A stretch of DNA of 64,000 nucleotides from an uncultured Gemmatimonadaceae bacterium (GCA_963761305.1 CAVXGK010000001.1:1408001-1472000); one strand, 5' to 3'. Positions 1-10,451 are shown, counted from the first letter of the stretch. The notes: generated by a model not told the origin, from the letters alone. Program-made: numbers and translations.

Positions 1-45
1 CCGTCGACACGCGCGGGAACGCCCGAATGGCCGCAAGGAGAACGT

Positions 46-933
46 ATGAGCACCGCGACAGGCACGTCCGACACCTCGATCGCCACCAAAGGCTACGTCC
101 ACGCCGACGCCCTGGTCAGCACCGAGTGGCTCGCCGAGCATCTCGATGATCCCGCTGTTCGCATCGTCGAGAGCGACGAGGATGTGCTCCTCTACGACAC
201 CGGACACATCCCGGGGGCCGTGAAGGTCGATTGGCACGCCGACCTGAATGACGCGCTCGTACGCGATTACATCTCGGCGCCGCAGTTCGAGGAGCTGCTG
301 CGGTCGCACGGCATCGATCACTCGACGACGGTCATCTTTTACGGCGACAAGAACAACTGGTGGGCGGCGTACGCGCTGTGGGTCTTCCACCTCTTCGGCT
401 TCACCAACACAAAGATTCTCGACGGCGGCCGCGTGAAGTGGGAGAAGGAAGGCCGCCCCATGACGACCGACGCGCCGAAACCGCGTCCGCGCTCGGCGTT
501 CAAGGCCGGCCGCCGCGACGACGGACCGATCCGCGCGTTCATGAACGACGTTCGAACGCACCTCGGCACCGCGGGCAAACTCGTCGACGTTCGCTCGCCG
601 GACGAGTACACTGGCAAGAAGCTGCACATGGCCGAGTACCCGCAGGAGGGCGCGCTGCGCGGTGGACACATCCCGGGGGCGAAGAGCGTTCCCTGGGCGA
701 GAGCCGCCAACGCCGACGGCACGTTCAAATCAGCCGCCGAGCTGCGCGCGATCTATCAGGACGAACAGGGGCTTTCGCCGAGCGACGACGTGATCGCGTA
801 TTGCCGCATCGGCGAACGCTCCAGCCACACGTGGTTCGTTCTCCGTTATCTGCTCGGCTACGAGAAGGTCAGAAACTACGACGGCAGCTGGACCGAGTGG
901 GGCAACGCCGTCGGCGCGCCCATCGAACGATAA
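46..933 (+). CDS. sseA: Sulfurtransferase (double rhodanese, SseA/CysA type)
   Basis: GHIPGA motifs in both domains, active-site loop [16 protein letters not shown] signature; SD AAGGAG upstream. Confidence 0.92.
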   Translation: MSTATGTSDTSIATKGYVHADALVSTEWLAEHLDDPAVRIVESDEDVLLYDTGHIPGAVKVDWHADLNDALVRDYISAPQFEELLRSHGIDHSTTVIFYGDKNNWWAAYALWVFHLFGFTNTKILDGGRVKWEKEGRPMTTDAPKPRPRSAFKAGRRDDGPIRAFMNDVRTHLGTAGKLVDVRSPDEYTGKKLHMAEYPQEGALRGGHIPGAKSVPWARAANADGTFKSAAELRAIYQDEQGLSPSDDVIAYCRIGERSSHTWFVLRYLLGYEKVRNYDGSWTEWGNAVGAPIER

Positions 934-947
934 GGATTCTCGAACGC

Positions 948-1478
948 ATGTCCTCCGAGCCAACGCGCACGGGCGCCGCCCCCTCGTCGATCGGCGACCT
1001 GCCGACGACGACCGGTTCGACCGCACCGGTGATCACGCGCAGCGAAGCGACCTGGCGGGGCGATCGCTCGTTCGAAGCCGGACCGGCCGGGCGGACGCAC
1101 ATCATCGACGGCGCCGCCAAGCTCGCGCCCGGGCCCGTCGAGACGCTGCTCAACGCGATCGCCACGTGTTCCAGCCTCGACGTCATCGACATCATCGCCA
1201 AACGACGAACGCCGGTCGAGAAGCTCTCGGTGAAGATCACGGCGCATCGACGCCCGGACTATCCGCGGCGCGTGATGCGCCTCGAGATGGACTTCGTCAT
1301 CGACGGCGCGAACATCGAACCGGACCACGCCGAGCGGGCGATCCATCTCTCGTTCGAGCGCTACTGCTCGGTGGCGGGGTCGCTCGGAGCGGACATCGTC
1401 GCTGAAACGCGCCTCACCCTGAACGGAGTGAGCCACGATCCGGTGCAACACCACGTCTGGAGTCCGGCGCAGGCGTAG
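948..1478 (+). CDS. OsmC family protein
   Basis: 3' part of ORF 360..1478 from ATG 948; PVETLLNAIATCS and ERYCSV two-Cys pattern. Confidence 0.85.
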   Translation: MSSEPTRTGAAPSSIGDLPTTTGSTAPVITRSEATWRGDRSFEAGPAGRTHIIDGAAKLAPGPVETLLNAIATCSSLDVIDIIAKRRTPVEKLSVKITAHRRPDYPRRVMRLEMDFVIDGANIEPDHAERAIHLSFERYCSVAGSLGADIVAETRLTLNGVSHDPVQHHVWSPAQA

Positions 1479-1502
1479 AGTCGCCGCGCCGGTGCCTGCC
1501 CG

Positions 1503-2117
1503 TCAGGCGATTCGGCGCTGATCGACCGCGGCCGGCATGCACGACGCAAAGCCGGCGTCGTGCGCGTACGTCATGAGCTGCTCCTGCATCAGGCGGCGGC
1601 CGCGGAAGAGCCGCGATCGAACCGTCCCGATCGGCACGCGGAGGATCTCCGCAGCGGCCTCGTACGACTGATCCTCTACGTCCACGAGCACGAGCGTCGA
1701 GCGGAACGGCTCGGGCACGTTCTTGAGCGCGTCGTCGATCGCCGGCCCCAGGTCGACTCGCGAAAAGATGCTCTCGACGTTGTCGCGAGCGCCTTCGTTG
1801 TAGAACGACCCGACCAGGGCCAGGTCGATCTCGCTGGACTCGATCTCGACCATCGGGCGCGCACGCTCGCGCGACCGGAGAAACACGTTTCGGCAGATCG
1901 TAAAGAGCCAGCGTCTGCAATCGCTGCCGGGCAGATAGGTATGCCAGGACCGGAACGCGCGCAGGAACGTGTCCTGAACGACGTCGTCGGCATCGGACTC
2001 ATCGCGCGTCAGGGAGAGCGCGAATCGATAGACATCGTCGATCCACGGAATCGCTTCCCGTTCAAACGTGACGGTCGGTTCCACAGAAACTCGCTGAGTG
2101 TATGGCACGCTAGTCAT
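1503..2117 (-). CDS. ECF RNA polymerase sigma factor
   Basis: DADDVVQDTFLRAF (region 2), WLFTICRN, SYEAAAEILRVPIGTVRSRLFRGR (region 4). Confidence 0.92.
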   Translation of the reverse strand: MTSVPYTQRVSVEPTVTFEREAIPWIDDVYRFALSLTRDESDADDVVQDTFLRAFRSWHTYLPGSDCRRWLFTICRNVFLRSRERARPMVEIESSEIDLALVGSFYNEGARDNVESIFSRVDLGPAIDDALKNVPEPFRSTLVLVDVEDQSYEAAAEILRVPIGTVRSRLFRGRRLMQEQLMTYAHDAGFASCMPAAVDQRRIA

Positions 2118-2261
2118 CAGTTGACGTGTAAAGTATATGGCCCAGACACCGGGAGCGCGAGGTCCCCCCTACGGCGGGGTTCGATTTCCCTCTAACCCAC
2201 AAGGACCCCTGGAGTCACATTTGGTCGCCGAAGAGCCGGCTGCAAGCCACTTAACACAGCG

Positions 2262-3764
2262 TTGTCAGAGTTAAGCCAAGGAAACGATCGAATTGTGAAC
2301 GAGCTGGAGCACGTGAACACGGAAGCCGAGTCCAGGCTCGAATGGGCGTTGTCCCAGACCGGACTCGGCGTTTGCACGGTGACGACCGACGGTGAGCTCG
2401 TCTCGTCGAGCGAGGGCATCGCGCGAATGCTCGGCTATCCGGACGAGAGCGCGACGGTCGGGCTCAACATGCAGGACCGCGTCTACGCCGATCGCACCGA
2501 GCACGCGCGAGTCCTCGCGACCGCCGACGCAACTGTTCCCGAATGGATGGAGACGCGCTGGAAACGACGCGACGGCAGTCTCATCGTCGTGCGTCTCGCG
2601 GTTCGCCGCGCGATGGATTCGGGTGACGCCGAGCTGTTCGAGATCCTCGCCGACGACGTGACCGAACGACGCCGACAGGACGAGCTGGTGCGTCGCAGCG
2701 AACGGTTGGCGTCGCTCGGCGCGGTGCTCGCCGGCGCGGCGCACGAGCTGAACAACCCGCTCGCCGCGATCATGGGCTTCTCACAGTTGCTGCTCAGGCG
2801 GCGATGGCCGCCCGAGGACCGCAGCGCCCTCGAGGCGATTCATCAGGAAGCCCTGCGCTCGGCGACGATCGTGAAGGATTTGCTCGCCCTCGCTCGACGC
2901 CGCGGCGTCGAGCGACGGGCGCCGGCGGACATGAATGAGTTGGTCACCTACATCGCGCGGATGCGGCGCTACGCCCTCGAGACGGCCGGCATCGAGTGCG
3001 AGCTCGAACTGGCGCGCAAGCTTCCACCCGTGCGCGGCGACCGCACGCAGTTGGAACAGGTGATATTGAATTTGCTCAACAACGCCGAGCAGGCGCTCCG
3101 GCCGCGAGTCGATGCGCAGCGCGCGAGGTCGCTCGGACGGATCGTGATCCGCACGCGGCTCGAGGGGCCGGAGATCGTCGTCGAGGTGGAGGACAACGGG
3201 CCGGGAGTTCCCGACGAAGCGCGCTCCGACATCTGGGACCCGTTCTGGACGACCAAGGACGAGGGTGAGGGCACCGGCCTCGGACTGACCGTCGTGCACA
3301 CGATCGTCGTCGATCACGGCGGTTCGGTGTCGCTCGATCGGGGAACGCTCGGGGGCGCGCGTTTCATCGTCCGCCTGCCGACGGTGGCGTCGAGCGAGCA
3401 CGCGGATCCTCCAGCACGCGCGCCGCGACCGCTCGACGTCCTCGTGGTCGATCCGCGCGCCGCCGACCTGCCGTTCGTCGAGCGCTTTCTCGCGTCCCGA
3501 GGCCACGCGGTGATCAACGCGGCCAGCGCCGAGGCGGCGTTGCGTCTCGCGGCGCAGAGCACCTTCGACGCCGTCGTCTGCGACGCCGAGCTGACGATTG
3601 CGGGCGGCGTGCCGATCGCCGACGTGTTGCGAGCGGCGCCGGGGTGCGCACACGCGCGCTTCGTCGTGTCGACGGAGAAATGTCCGCCGGCCGTCGACGA
3701 CGGAGTGACCTACGTCGTGCGCCCGTATGACGTCGAGGAGCTGCGGCGACTCATCGAAGGATGA
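2262..3764 (+). CDS. PAS-domain hybrid sensor histidine kinase with atypical C-terminal receiver
   Basis: H-box AHELNNPL, N-box QVILNLLNNA, DNGPG, GTGLGL; receiver-like tail. Confidence 0.88.
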   Translation: MSELSQGNDRIVNELEHVNTEAESRLEWALSQTGLGVCTVTTDGELVSSSEGIARMLGYPDESATVGLNMQDRVYADRTEHARVLATADATVPEWMETRWKRRDGSLIVVRLAVRRAMDSGDAELFEILADDVTERRRQDELVRRSERLASLGAVLAGAAHELNNPLAAIMGFSQLLLRRRWPPEDRSALEAIHQEALRSATIVKDLLALARRRGVERRAPADMNELVTYIARMRRYALETAGIECELELARKLPPVRGDRTQLEQVILNLLNNAEQALRPRVDAQRARSLGRIVIRTRLEGPEIVVEVEDNGPGVPDEARSDIWDPFWTTKDEGEGTGLGLTVVHTIVVDHGGSVSLDRGTLGGARFIVRLPTVASSEHADPPARAPRPLDVLVVDPRAADLPFVERFLASRGHAVINAASAEAALRLAAQSTFDAVVCDAELTIAGGVPIADVLRAAPGCAHARFVVSTEKCPPAVDDGVTYVVRPYDVEELRRLIEG

Positions 3765-3789
3765 TTGACCGGGTGGCCATCTTTGTCCG

Positions 3790-4755
3790 ATGTCCACCCA
3801 GGAACACGACGGCTCGCGCGGGCGAGTCATTGCCTCCTTTGCCGCGGTCTACGTCATCTGGGGCTCGACCTATCTCGCCATCCGCTACGCGGTCGAGAGT
3901 ATGCCGCCGCTGCTCATGGTCGGGAGCCGGTTTGCGTTGTCGGGCACGATCCTCTACGCCTGGTCGCGCGCGCGCGGCGCCGCGAAACCGACCGCCGCCG
4001 AGTGGCGGACCGCGTCGGTCACCGGGTTTCTTCTGATCTGCATCGGCAACGGATCGGTGGCCTGGGCCGAGCGACGCGTGCCGTCGGGATTGGCGGCGCT
4101 GCTCGTGGCCGTCGTCCCGCTATGGATGGTGCTGCTCGACTGGATTCGTCCCGGCGGGATGCGGCCGCGCGCACCGGTGGTCGCGGGCGTGATCGTCGGC
4201 CTGGTGGGTCTCGCAGTCCTCGTCGGTCGCGACTCCTTCTCGGGGGGAAATGGCGGCGTCGATGCGCTCGGCGCGGGCGTGCTCGTGGCCGCGTCGATGG
4301 GCTGGGCGATCGGTTCGGTCTACAACCGACACGGCGCCCGACCCGAGTCCGCATCGATGTCGACGGCACTGCAGATGATCGCCGGAAGCGTCGCGCTGCT
4401 CGTGCTCGGATTCCTGCTCGGCGAGCCGCGCGAGCTCGACGTGTCGTCGATCAGTCTCGCGTCGTGGCTCGGGTGGATCTATCTGGTCACGTTCGGCGCG
4501 CTGATCGGATTCACCGCATACATCTATCTGCTCAACCACGTGAGTCCGGCGAAGGCGGCGACGTACGCGTACGTGAATCCGATCGTCGCCGTCCTGCTCG
4601 GGTGGGCGGTGGCCGGCGAACCGGTGACGCCGCGAACGATGGTGGCGGCGGCCATCATTCTCGGCGGCGTCGCGATGATCACGATCGCCCGCGGGCGGCG
4701 CGTCACGAGCGCTGCGCGATCGCCGTCTGTTGGCGCGGGTCGGTTTGGCGCTTGA
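3790..4755 (+). CDS. EamA/DMT family transporter
   Basis: VYVIWGSTY, about 10 hydrophobic helices, YAYVNPIVAVLLG. Confidence 0.9.
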   Translation: MSTQEHDGSRGRVIASFAAVYVIWGSTYLAIRYAVESMPPLLMVGSRFALSGTILYAWSRARGAAKPTAAEWRTASVTGFLLICIGNGSVAWAERRVPSGLAALLVAVVPLWMVLLDWIRPGGMRPRAPVVAGVIVGLVGLAVLVGRDSFSGGNGGVDALGAGVLVAASMGWAIGSVYNRHGARPESASMSTALQMIAGSVALLVLGFLLGEPRELDVSSISLASWLGWIYLVTFGALIGFTAYIYLLNHVSPAKAATYAYVNPIVAVLLGWAVAGEPVTPRTMVAAAIILGGVAMITIARGRRVTSAARSPSVGAGRFGA

Positions 4756-5620
4756 TGACGCGGACGGCCATCAGGCTCCGGTCGGCGCGATCGATGAGTT
4801 GCATGAGCGATTCTCCGCTCTCGCGCGCCGCCCAGCCGAGTGAAAACGGAACCGGGGCGCGCTCGAGCGCCTCGATGCGCAGGCGATCGGCGACGAGTTT
4901 GGTCGCTTCGGCGTCGCGGTCGCGCAGCACGACGACGAATTCGTCGCCGCCGAAGCGCACCACGACCTCCTCGGCGCGCACGTAGCGCATGAGGAAGCGC
5001 GCCATTCGGCGAAGGACTTCGTCGCCTTCCTGATGTCCCCACTGGTCGTTGTACAGCTTGAAGTGGTCGACGTCGACGAAGATGCAGCCGCAGCGTGCGG
5101 TGGGGTCGCGACCGAGCTCGGTTTCGATCCCGGCGAGACAGCGGCGGTTGAGCGCTCCGGTGAGCGCGTCGTGCGTGCTCATCTCGAGCAGCGACGCCTC
5201 GAGGGCCTTGCGTGCCGTGATGTCGATGAGGATTCCGTGAATGAACGCGTCGCCCGTTTCCGGGTCGCGCACGAGGTTGCAGCTGTCGAGCACGGTGAGC
5301 GTTTGCCCGTCGGGCCGCCGCAACGTGATCTCGAACTCGCGCACCGAACCGTCGGCCTCCAGCATCCGAAGTTGCTCCTGTCGGCGCTCGGGTTCGATGT
5401 ACATCGACACCGCGGCGGCGTGTCCCAACTCGGCGATCGACGACACCCCGGCGATCTCGAGGAACGCCCGGTTGGCATCGAGCACCTCGCCGTCGCGCGT
5501 GGTGATGTAGATGCCTTCGCGGATGTTCTTCGCGAACTCGCGCAGGCTCTCGGGGTCGCTCAAGCTGCGAAAGCGAGTAGAACCCGCGGTCTCGGAAGGA
5601 GCCGGTGCTGTCTGGTTCAT
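4703..5620 (-). CDS. PAS-GGDEF diguanylate cyclase
   Basis: HDALTGALNRR, DVDHFKLYND, RFGGDEF; start taken at ATG 5620. Confidence 0.9.
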   Translation of the reverse strand: MNQTAPAPSETAGSTRFRSLSDPESLREFAKNIREGIYITTRDGEVLDANRAFLEIAGVSSIAELGHAAAVSMYIEPERRQEQLRMLEADGSVREFEITLRRPDGQTLTVLDSCNLVRDPETGDAFIHGILIDITARKALEASLLEMSTHDALTGALNRRCLAGIETELGRDPTARCGCIFVDVDHFKLYNDQWGHQEGDEVLRRMARFLMRYVRAEEVVVRFGGDEFVVVLRDRDAEATKLVADRLRIEALERAPVPFSLGWAARESGESLMQLIDRADRSLMAVRVIKRQTDPRQQTAIAQRS

Positions 5621-5741
5621 TTCGACGATTCGGCCGCTGAGAATCCTCGGTCGGCCGGGAGGAGGGGACGACTGTTCCCAACACGGACGACTTACGCGCG
5701 CAGGACGCAATCGGCCCTACGGTTGTCCGGCTGAGTTCGAT

Positions 5742-6959
5742 TCAATCTATCAGCCGGGCCGGCAGAATGCCCCGGTCGCCGAACTTGGCGCGTACCCGAT
5801 CCACCGTGCGCGCGAGCACGCGGTCGCGATCGGTCTCGGCAATGCGCTCGTCGCCCAACTCGAACAGCGTCATCTGATCGGCGGTGGAATCCGTGGCCAG
5901 GGACGAGAGAGCGACGCCGATCAACCGCGCCGGCACGCGCCGTTTGTCGCGCAGCTTGGCGAGCAGCTGACGCCCCACCTCGAGGATCACGCGATCGGAG
6001 ATGACCGGCGCGTCGAGTGTGCGGCTCGCCGACCGCGTCTTGAAATCGAAGTCCCGCAGCCGCACGGTGATCGTGCGGGCGGTGAGCCCGTCGGCGCGCA
6101 GATCCGACGCGGCGCGCGTGGTGAGCGCGAGCAGCTCGCGCTCGAGCTCATCGTCGCTCGCGATGTCGGCGGCGAACGTCTCGTCCCTGCTGATGCTCTT
6201 GGCATCGCCGTGCGATTCCACTTCGCGCGCGTCCATTCCGCGCACTCGCGCATGCAACCACTCGCCCTCGCGCGCGCCGAGCCACTGCGAGAGCGTGGCG
6301 ACGTCGTATGGCAGCACATCGGTCACGCGTCGCATTCCCAGTTTCGCCAAGCGCTCCTGAAAGCGCGGACCGATCAGCGGAATGTCAGACAGGTCGAACG
6401 TGTTCAGGAACGGTTGTTCTTCGCCCGGTTCGACGATGTGGACGCCGGTCGCACCGGTCCCCGGCTTCGGTTTCGCGCGCTCGACGGCAAGTTTTGCGAC
6501 GAGCTTCGACGTTCCGCCGCCGAAGGACACAGAGAGCGTCGTCGCGGCGGTGACAGCCTCGCGAATCCGTCGCGCCGTCGCGGCGAGCGGCTCGTGCCCG
6601 TACACGCCTTCGGTGCCTCCCATGTCCAGGTACCACTCGTCGATGCTCGCGCCTTCGACGACGGGCGAGAATTTCTCGAGCACGTCGCGGATCTCGCGGC
6701 TCTTTTCGGAGCAAACGCGCCGCGGAATCGGCACGCACATCGCCTGCGGACACAGTCGCAGCGCCCGGGCGATGGGCATCGCCGAGCGGACGCCGAACCT
6801 TCTCGCCTCGTACGACGCCGAGCAGACGACGCCGCGGCTCTCGCGCGTGCCGCCGACGATGAGATACTTGGCCAGGCCGGCGCCGCTTGGATCCACCATC
6901 CGTGCGACGGCCACGTAGAACGCGTCGGCGTCGGCGAGAAGGATACGGCGCGCGGTCAT
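5742..6959 (-). CDS. dinB: DNA polymerase IV (Y family)
   Basis: ADADAFYVAV, CSASYEARRFGVRSAMP, SIDEWYLD, KSISRDETF; start ATG 6959. Confidence 0.92.
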   Translation of the reverse strand: MTARRILLADADAFYVAVARMVDPSGAGLAKYLIVGGTRESRGVVCSASYEARRFGVRSAMPIARALRLCPQAMCVPIPRRVCSEKSREIRDVLEKFSPVVEGASIDEWYLDMGGTEGVYGHEPLAATARRIREAVTAATTLSVSFGGGTSKLVAKLAVERAKPKPGTGATGVHIVEPGEEQPFLNTFDLSDIPLIGPRFQERLAKLGMRRVTDVLPYDVATLSQWLGAREGEWLHARVRGMDAREVESHGDAKSISRDETFAADIASDDELERELLALTTRAASDLRADGLTARTITVRLRDFDFKTRSASRTLDAPVISDRVILEVGRQLLAKLRDKRRVPARLIGVALSSLATDSTADQMTLFELGDERIAETDRDRVLARTVDRVRAKFGDRGILPARLID

Positions 6960-7219
6960 CGGATGTGGAGATCCTGTACGAAGTGCGAGCTTTCGTCGTA
7001 GCGCGTCACGCCGAGCGTGCGCGCCATGATCTCGCCGACGACACCGGCGACGTGATCGCGGTAATCGTCGGCGTCCATTCCATCGGTCGGTTCGGTGTTC
7101 TCGACGACAAAGTCGATCACCTCCCCGGGCGTCTGGAGTGACGTCTCGTCGGAATCGGCGGCGGCAACGCCGAACTCCTCGTCGATCGCCGCAAAGAATT
7201 CTTTGAGGGCCCAACTCAT
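6956..7219 (-). CDS. Small acidic protein resembling a circularly permuted acyl carrier protein
   Basis: IDEEFGV...TPGEVIDFV (ACP C-half-like) precedes IMARTLGV...SHFVQDL (ACP N-half-like); ATGA overlap with dinB. Confidence 0.6.
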   Translation of the reverse strand: MSWALKEFFAAIDEEFGVAAADSDETSLQTPGEVIDFVVENTEPTDGMDADDYRDHVAGVVGEIMARTLGVTRYDESSHFVQDLHIR

Positions 7220-7344
7220 GTCGTCGGCGGCCCGTAGAAGAGCATCATCTCCAGTGAATGTCGTCGTCACCGGAATGCGGAGCAACGGGATCGTCACGTT
7301 CCGTCGCTTACCATGATCCCGCCTGCTTGTATATTGGGTTGAAC

Positions 7345-8115
7345 ATGACCTCGACACGGAAACCGCCGACGCGAAGTCTGCTTGAGGTCGACGCGGCCGT
7401 GCTCCCGCCGGGAAGCGCCGCCGATGCGCCGCACGGGTCGCGACCCGAGCAGGTGTACGTCCGTCTGCGCGACCTCATCGTGCAGGGCCTGCTCTCACCG
7501 GGCAGCCGCATCGTCGAAACCGAGATCGCGACGCGCCTCGGCGTGAGCCGTACGCCGGTGCGCGAAGCGTTGCAGCGGCTGCAGCAGGAAGGCTACGTCA
7601 TGGGCTCGCCCGGCGCGCAGCAGTCGCGCCTCACCGTGGCCCCGCTGACGCGCGACGATGTTTATGAATTGCTAAACATCGTCGGCGCGCTCGAGGGCAT
7701 GGGCGCGCGCGGCGCCGCGCTCATGCCCGTCGCCGATCGGCGCGTGCTGGTGCGGGACCTCAAGGCGCTGAACGCGGAGTTCCAGCGCGCCGGCAAAGCG
7801 ATGCCGATCGATCACGGCAGTCTGTACGACGCCGATCAGCGCCTCCACCGCCGCGTCGTCGAAGCGTGCGCCGGACCGCGGTTGCTCGCGCTGCACGACG
7901 CCGTGAAGCCGCAGGCCGAGCGGTACATTCGCATGTACATCAGCATGCTCACCGGCGACATCCGCACGTCGGTGTACGAGCACGACATCATCATCGCGGC
8001 GATCGACGAAGGACGCGCCGACGACGCCGAGCTCGCGGTCCAGGTGAACTGGCGCCACGCCGCGGACCGCTTGAGCAAAGTGATCGCCGTCGCCGGCGAG
8101 CGCGGCTCCTGGTAG
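7345..8115 (+). CDS. GntR family transcriptional regulator (FCD)
   Basis: HTH ETEIATRLGVSRTPVREALQRL; FCD-like D..H and EH motifs. Confidence 0.9.
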   Translation: MTSTRKPPTRSLLEVDAAVLPPGSAADAPHGSRPEQVYVRLRDLIVQGLLSPGSRIVETEIATRLGVSRTPVREALQRLQQEGYVMGSPGAQQSRLTVAPLTRDDVYELLNIVGALEGMGARGAALMPVADRRVLVRDLKALNAEFQRAGKAMPIDHGSLYDADQRLHRRVVEACAGPRLLALHDAVKPQAERYIRMYISMLTGDIRTSVYEHDIIIAAIDEGRADDAELAVQVNWRHAADRLSKVIAVAGERGSW

Positions 8116-8125
8116 CGCGCGCGAC

Positions 8126-9103
8126 TCAGCTCGCCAGTTCGTCCAACAACCGCCGATAGCTGTCGTACCGCTCCGCGGACACGACGCCCGCGCTCACACC
8201 GGCAATGACCGCGCACTCCGGCTCGGCGATGTGCCGGCAATCGGCGTAGCGACACTCGGTGCTCAGCGCGCGCATCTCGGGGAAGCAGCGATCGAGATGT
8301 TCCGGCGGCAGCGCCCACAAGCCCACCTCGCGCAGACCGGGCGTGTCGATCACGTAGCCCGGCGCACCGCCGGGCAGCGGAAGCATGATCGCGCCGACGG
8401 TCGTGTGGCGTCCTTTGTTCACCGATTCGCTGATCGCGCCGACGCGGAGGCCGGCGCCTGGAAAGATCGCGTTGAGCATCGACGATTTTCCGACGCCCGA
8501 CGGCCCGGTGATCACCGTGCGGCACGCGGCGAACGCGGGTTGCAGATCGGTGAGTCCGAAGTGGGCCTTCACGCTCACGTAATGGACGGGATAGCCGGCC
8601 TTCTCGTAAATCTGAAATCGCTCGCGCGCGGCATCCGGCTCGACGAGGTCGATCTTGTTCACGATGATGCGCGCCGTGAGATCGTTTCCCTCGGCGATGA
8701 CGAGGAAGCGGTCGAGCATACGAAGGTGCGGCTCGGGTTTGGCCGCCGCGAACATGACGACCACCTGGTCCACGTTCGCCACGACGATGCGTTCCCCGTG
8801 CCCTCCGCCCGGGACACGTCGAGCCAACGCCGAGCGCCGCGGCAGAATCTCGGCGATCGACCAGTCGGTTCCGCTATCCGAGTGCTCGAGCATCACGTCG
8901 TCGCCGACAGCGAGCTTGAGTGTCTCCGCGGCAGAGCGCACGGTGTCGCGCCGCAGCGATCCGTCGCGACGGCGGCCGGCGTTTGATTTCTTGAGACGCC
9001 CGCGGAGCGAGGCGTCGATCGTTTCGCCGGCGTCCGTTCGCACGCGCCACACGCCACCCGTGCCTTCGAGTACGACTCCGTGTTCCGGCGGCAGCTGCGT
9101 CAC
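8126..9103 (-). CDS. rsgA: Ribosome small subunit-dependent GTPase A
   Basis: NKID, GPSGVGKSS, GRHTT, DTPG, C-terminal CRYADCRHIAEPEC zinc motif; GTG start 9103. Confidence 0.95.
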   Translation of the reverse strand: MTQLPPEHGVVLEGTGGVWRVRTDAGETIDASLRGRLKKSNAGRRRDGSLRRDTVRSAAETLKLAVGDDVMLEHSDSGTDWSIAEILPRRSALARRVPGGGHGERIVVANVDQVVVMFAAAKPEPHLRMLDRFLVIAEGNDLTARIIVNKIDLVEPDAARERFQIYEKAGYPVHYVSVKAHFGLTDLQPAFAACRTVITGPSGVGKSSMLNAIFPGAGLRVGAISESVNKGRHTTVGAIMLPLPGGAPGYVIDTPGLREVGLWALPPEHLDRCFPEMRALSTECRYADCRHIAEPECAVIAGVSAGVVSAERYDSYRRLLDELAS

Positions 9104-9516
9104 GCGGTTTCGTCTCCGCCTTCGTCGCGCATCGCGTCCCACCAGCGGCGCACCGGCGGGGCGCCGCGTCGTTCCTCGATCAAACGGTCGAGCAGCGCTT
9201 TCACGTCGCCGATCGGGGTCTCGCCGAGCGCGTCGCGAGCGGCGTCTTCGGTCGCGCCGGAGGCGAGGTAGTCGCTCTCGAGATGTCCTTCCGGCGTCTG
9301 CGCACCGATGCGCGCCCACTTGATGAAGAGAAAGAACGCGCGCCAATCGTCGCCGGCGGGTTCTGCCGCGCGTTCAACCATGATCTCCACGCTGTACGAG
9401 AAGCCATCGATGCCTTCGAACGCCGCGGGCCGATCGTGCACGGCCGCGTAGCCGCCGATCGTGGACTCATCGCCCTTGGTGTGATCGGGCGGACGATACC
9501 GCGCGTGCGACATCAT
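9100..9516 (-). CDS. Conserved hypothetical protein
   Basis: 3' part of ORF 9100..10128 with normal composition; 4-bp overlaps with both neighbours. Confidence 0.7.
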   Translation of the reverse strand: MMSHARYRPPDHTKGDESTIGGYAAVHDRPAAFEGIDGFSYSVEIMVERAAEPAGDDWRAFFLFIKWARIGAQTPEGHLESDYLASGATEDAARDALGETPIGDVKALLDRLIEERRGAPPVRRWWDAMRDEGGDETA

Positions 9517-10451
9517 CTCTTTCGCCTGCCGAACGCTTCGCGAATCACGCTCCCCGTGATGAACGCGACGTTCGCCGGCCGCTCGGCCAAGCGGCGCATG
9601 AGATACGGATACCACTGCGTGCCGAACGGGACATAGACGCGCATGCGGTAGCCGTCCCGCACGAGCTGCTCCTGCATGTCGCGCCGGACGCCGTACAGCA
9701 TCTGAAACTCGAATCTCGAACGGTCGATCTGATGCTCGGCGACATACCGCTTGGCGTCGTCGACGATCCGCGGATCGTGCGTCGCGATACCCGGATAGTT
9801 GCCCTTGTCCAACAGCATGCGCATGCACAAAACGTAGTTCCGGTCGACCTCTTCCTTTTCGGGAAACGCCACGGACGCCGGCTCCTTGTACGCGCCTTTG
9901 CACAGGCGCACGCGGCAACCGAGCTGCACGGCGCGTTCCACGTCCGACCGCGTCCGGTACAGGTAGCTCTGCAGCACAATCCCGACGTGATCCTTGTAGG
10001 CCGGATAGAGGCGGTCCGCGAACAGATTGAGCGTGCGCTCGGTGTAGGCGCTGCCTTCCATGTCGAGCCGCACGAACGTGGAGAGATCGCGCGCGCGGTC
10101 GAGGACGTCGTGCATCACGGAGATGCACAGCTCCTCCGAGATGTCGAGGCCCATCGCCGTGAGCTTGAGCGACACGTTCGCGTCGAGCTTCTTCTGATGG
10201 ATGCGGTCGAGCACGGCGAGGTACTGGGCGCCGGCGGCGCGCGCCTCGCGTTCGTTCGTCACGCTCTCACCGAGCAGGTCGAGCGACGCGGAGATTCCCT
10301 TCGCGTTCAGCGCGGCGACGGCCGTGACCGCTTCGTCCAGCGTCTCGCCGGCCACGAACCTGTTCGCGAATCGTTTCGCCAGCCGGTTGTTGCGAACGAA
10401 GCGAAAGACCCGCGGCCGGTTGGAGAGGTACAGCAGGGTGGACCGCAACAT
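9513..10451 (-). CDS. Monofunctional proline dehydrogenase
   Basis: RFVAGE, LDLLGE, VRLDME, VRLCKGAYKEP, ATHD, EFQMLYG, YVPFG, RRLAERPAN. Confidence 0.95.
   Translation of the reverse strand: MLRSTLLYLSNRPRVFRFVRNNRLAKRFANRFVAGETLDEAVTAVAALNAKGISASLDLLGESVTNEREARAAGAQYLAVLDRIHQKKLDANVSLKLTAMGLDISEELCISVMHDVLDRARDLSTFVRLDMEGSAYTERTLNLFADRLYPAYKDHVGIVLQSYLYRTRSDVERAVQLGCRVRLCKGAYKEPASVAFPEKEEVDRNYVLCMRMLLDKGNYPGIATHDPRIVDDAKRYVAEHQIDRSRFEFQMLYGVRRDMQEQLVRDGYRMRVYVPFGTQWYPYLMRRLAERPANVAFITGSVIREAFGRRKR

Noticed and set aside
2172..2200. tRNA T-arm-like GGGGTTCGATTTCCC
   Set aside because: No acceptor stem, D arm or anticodon arm can be built around it.
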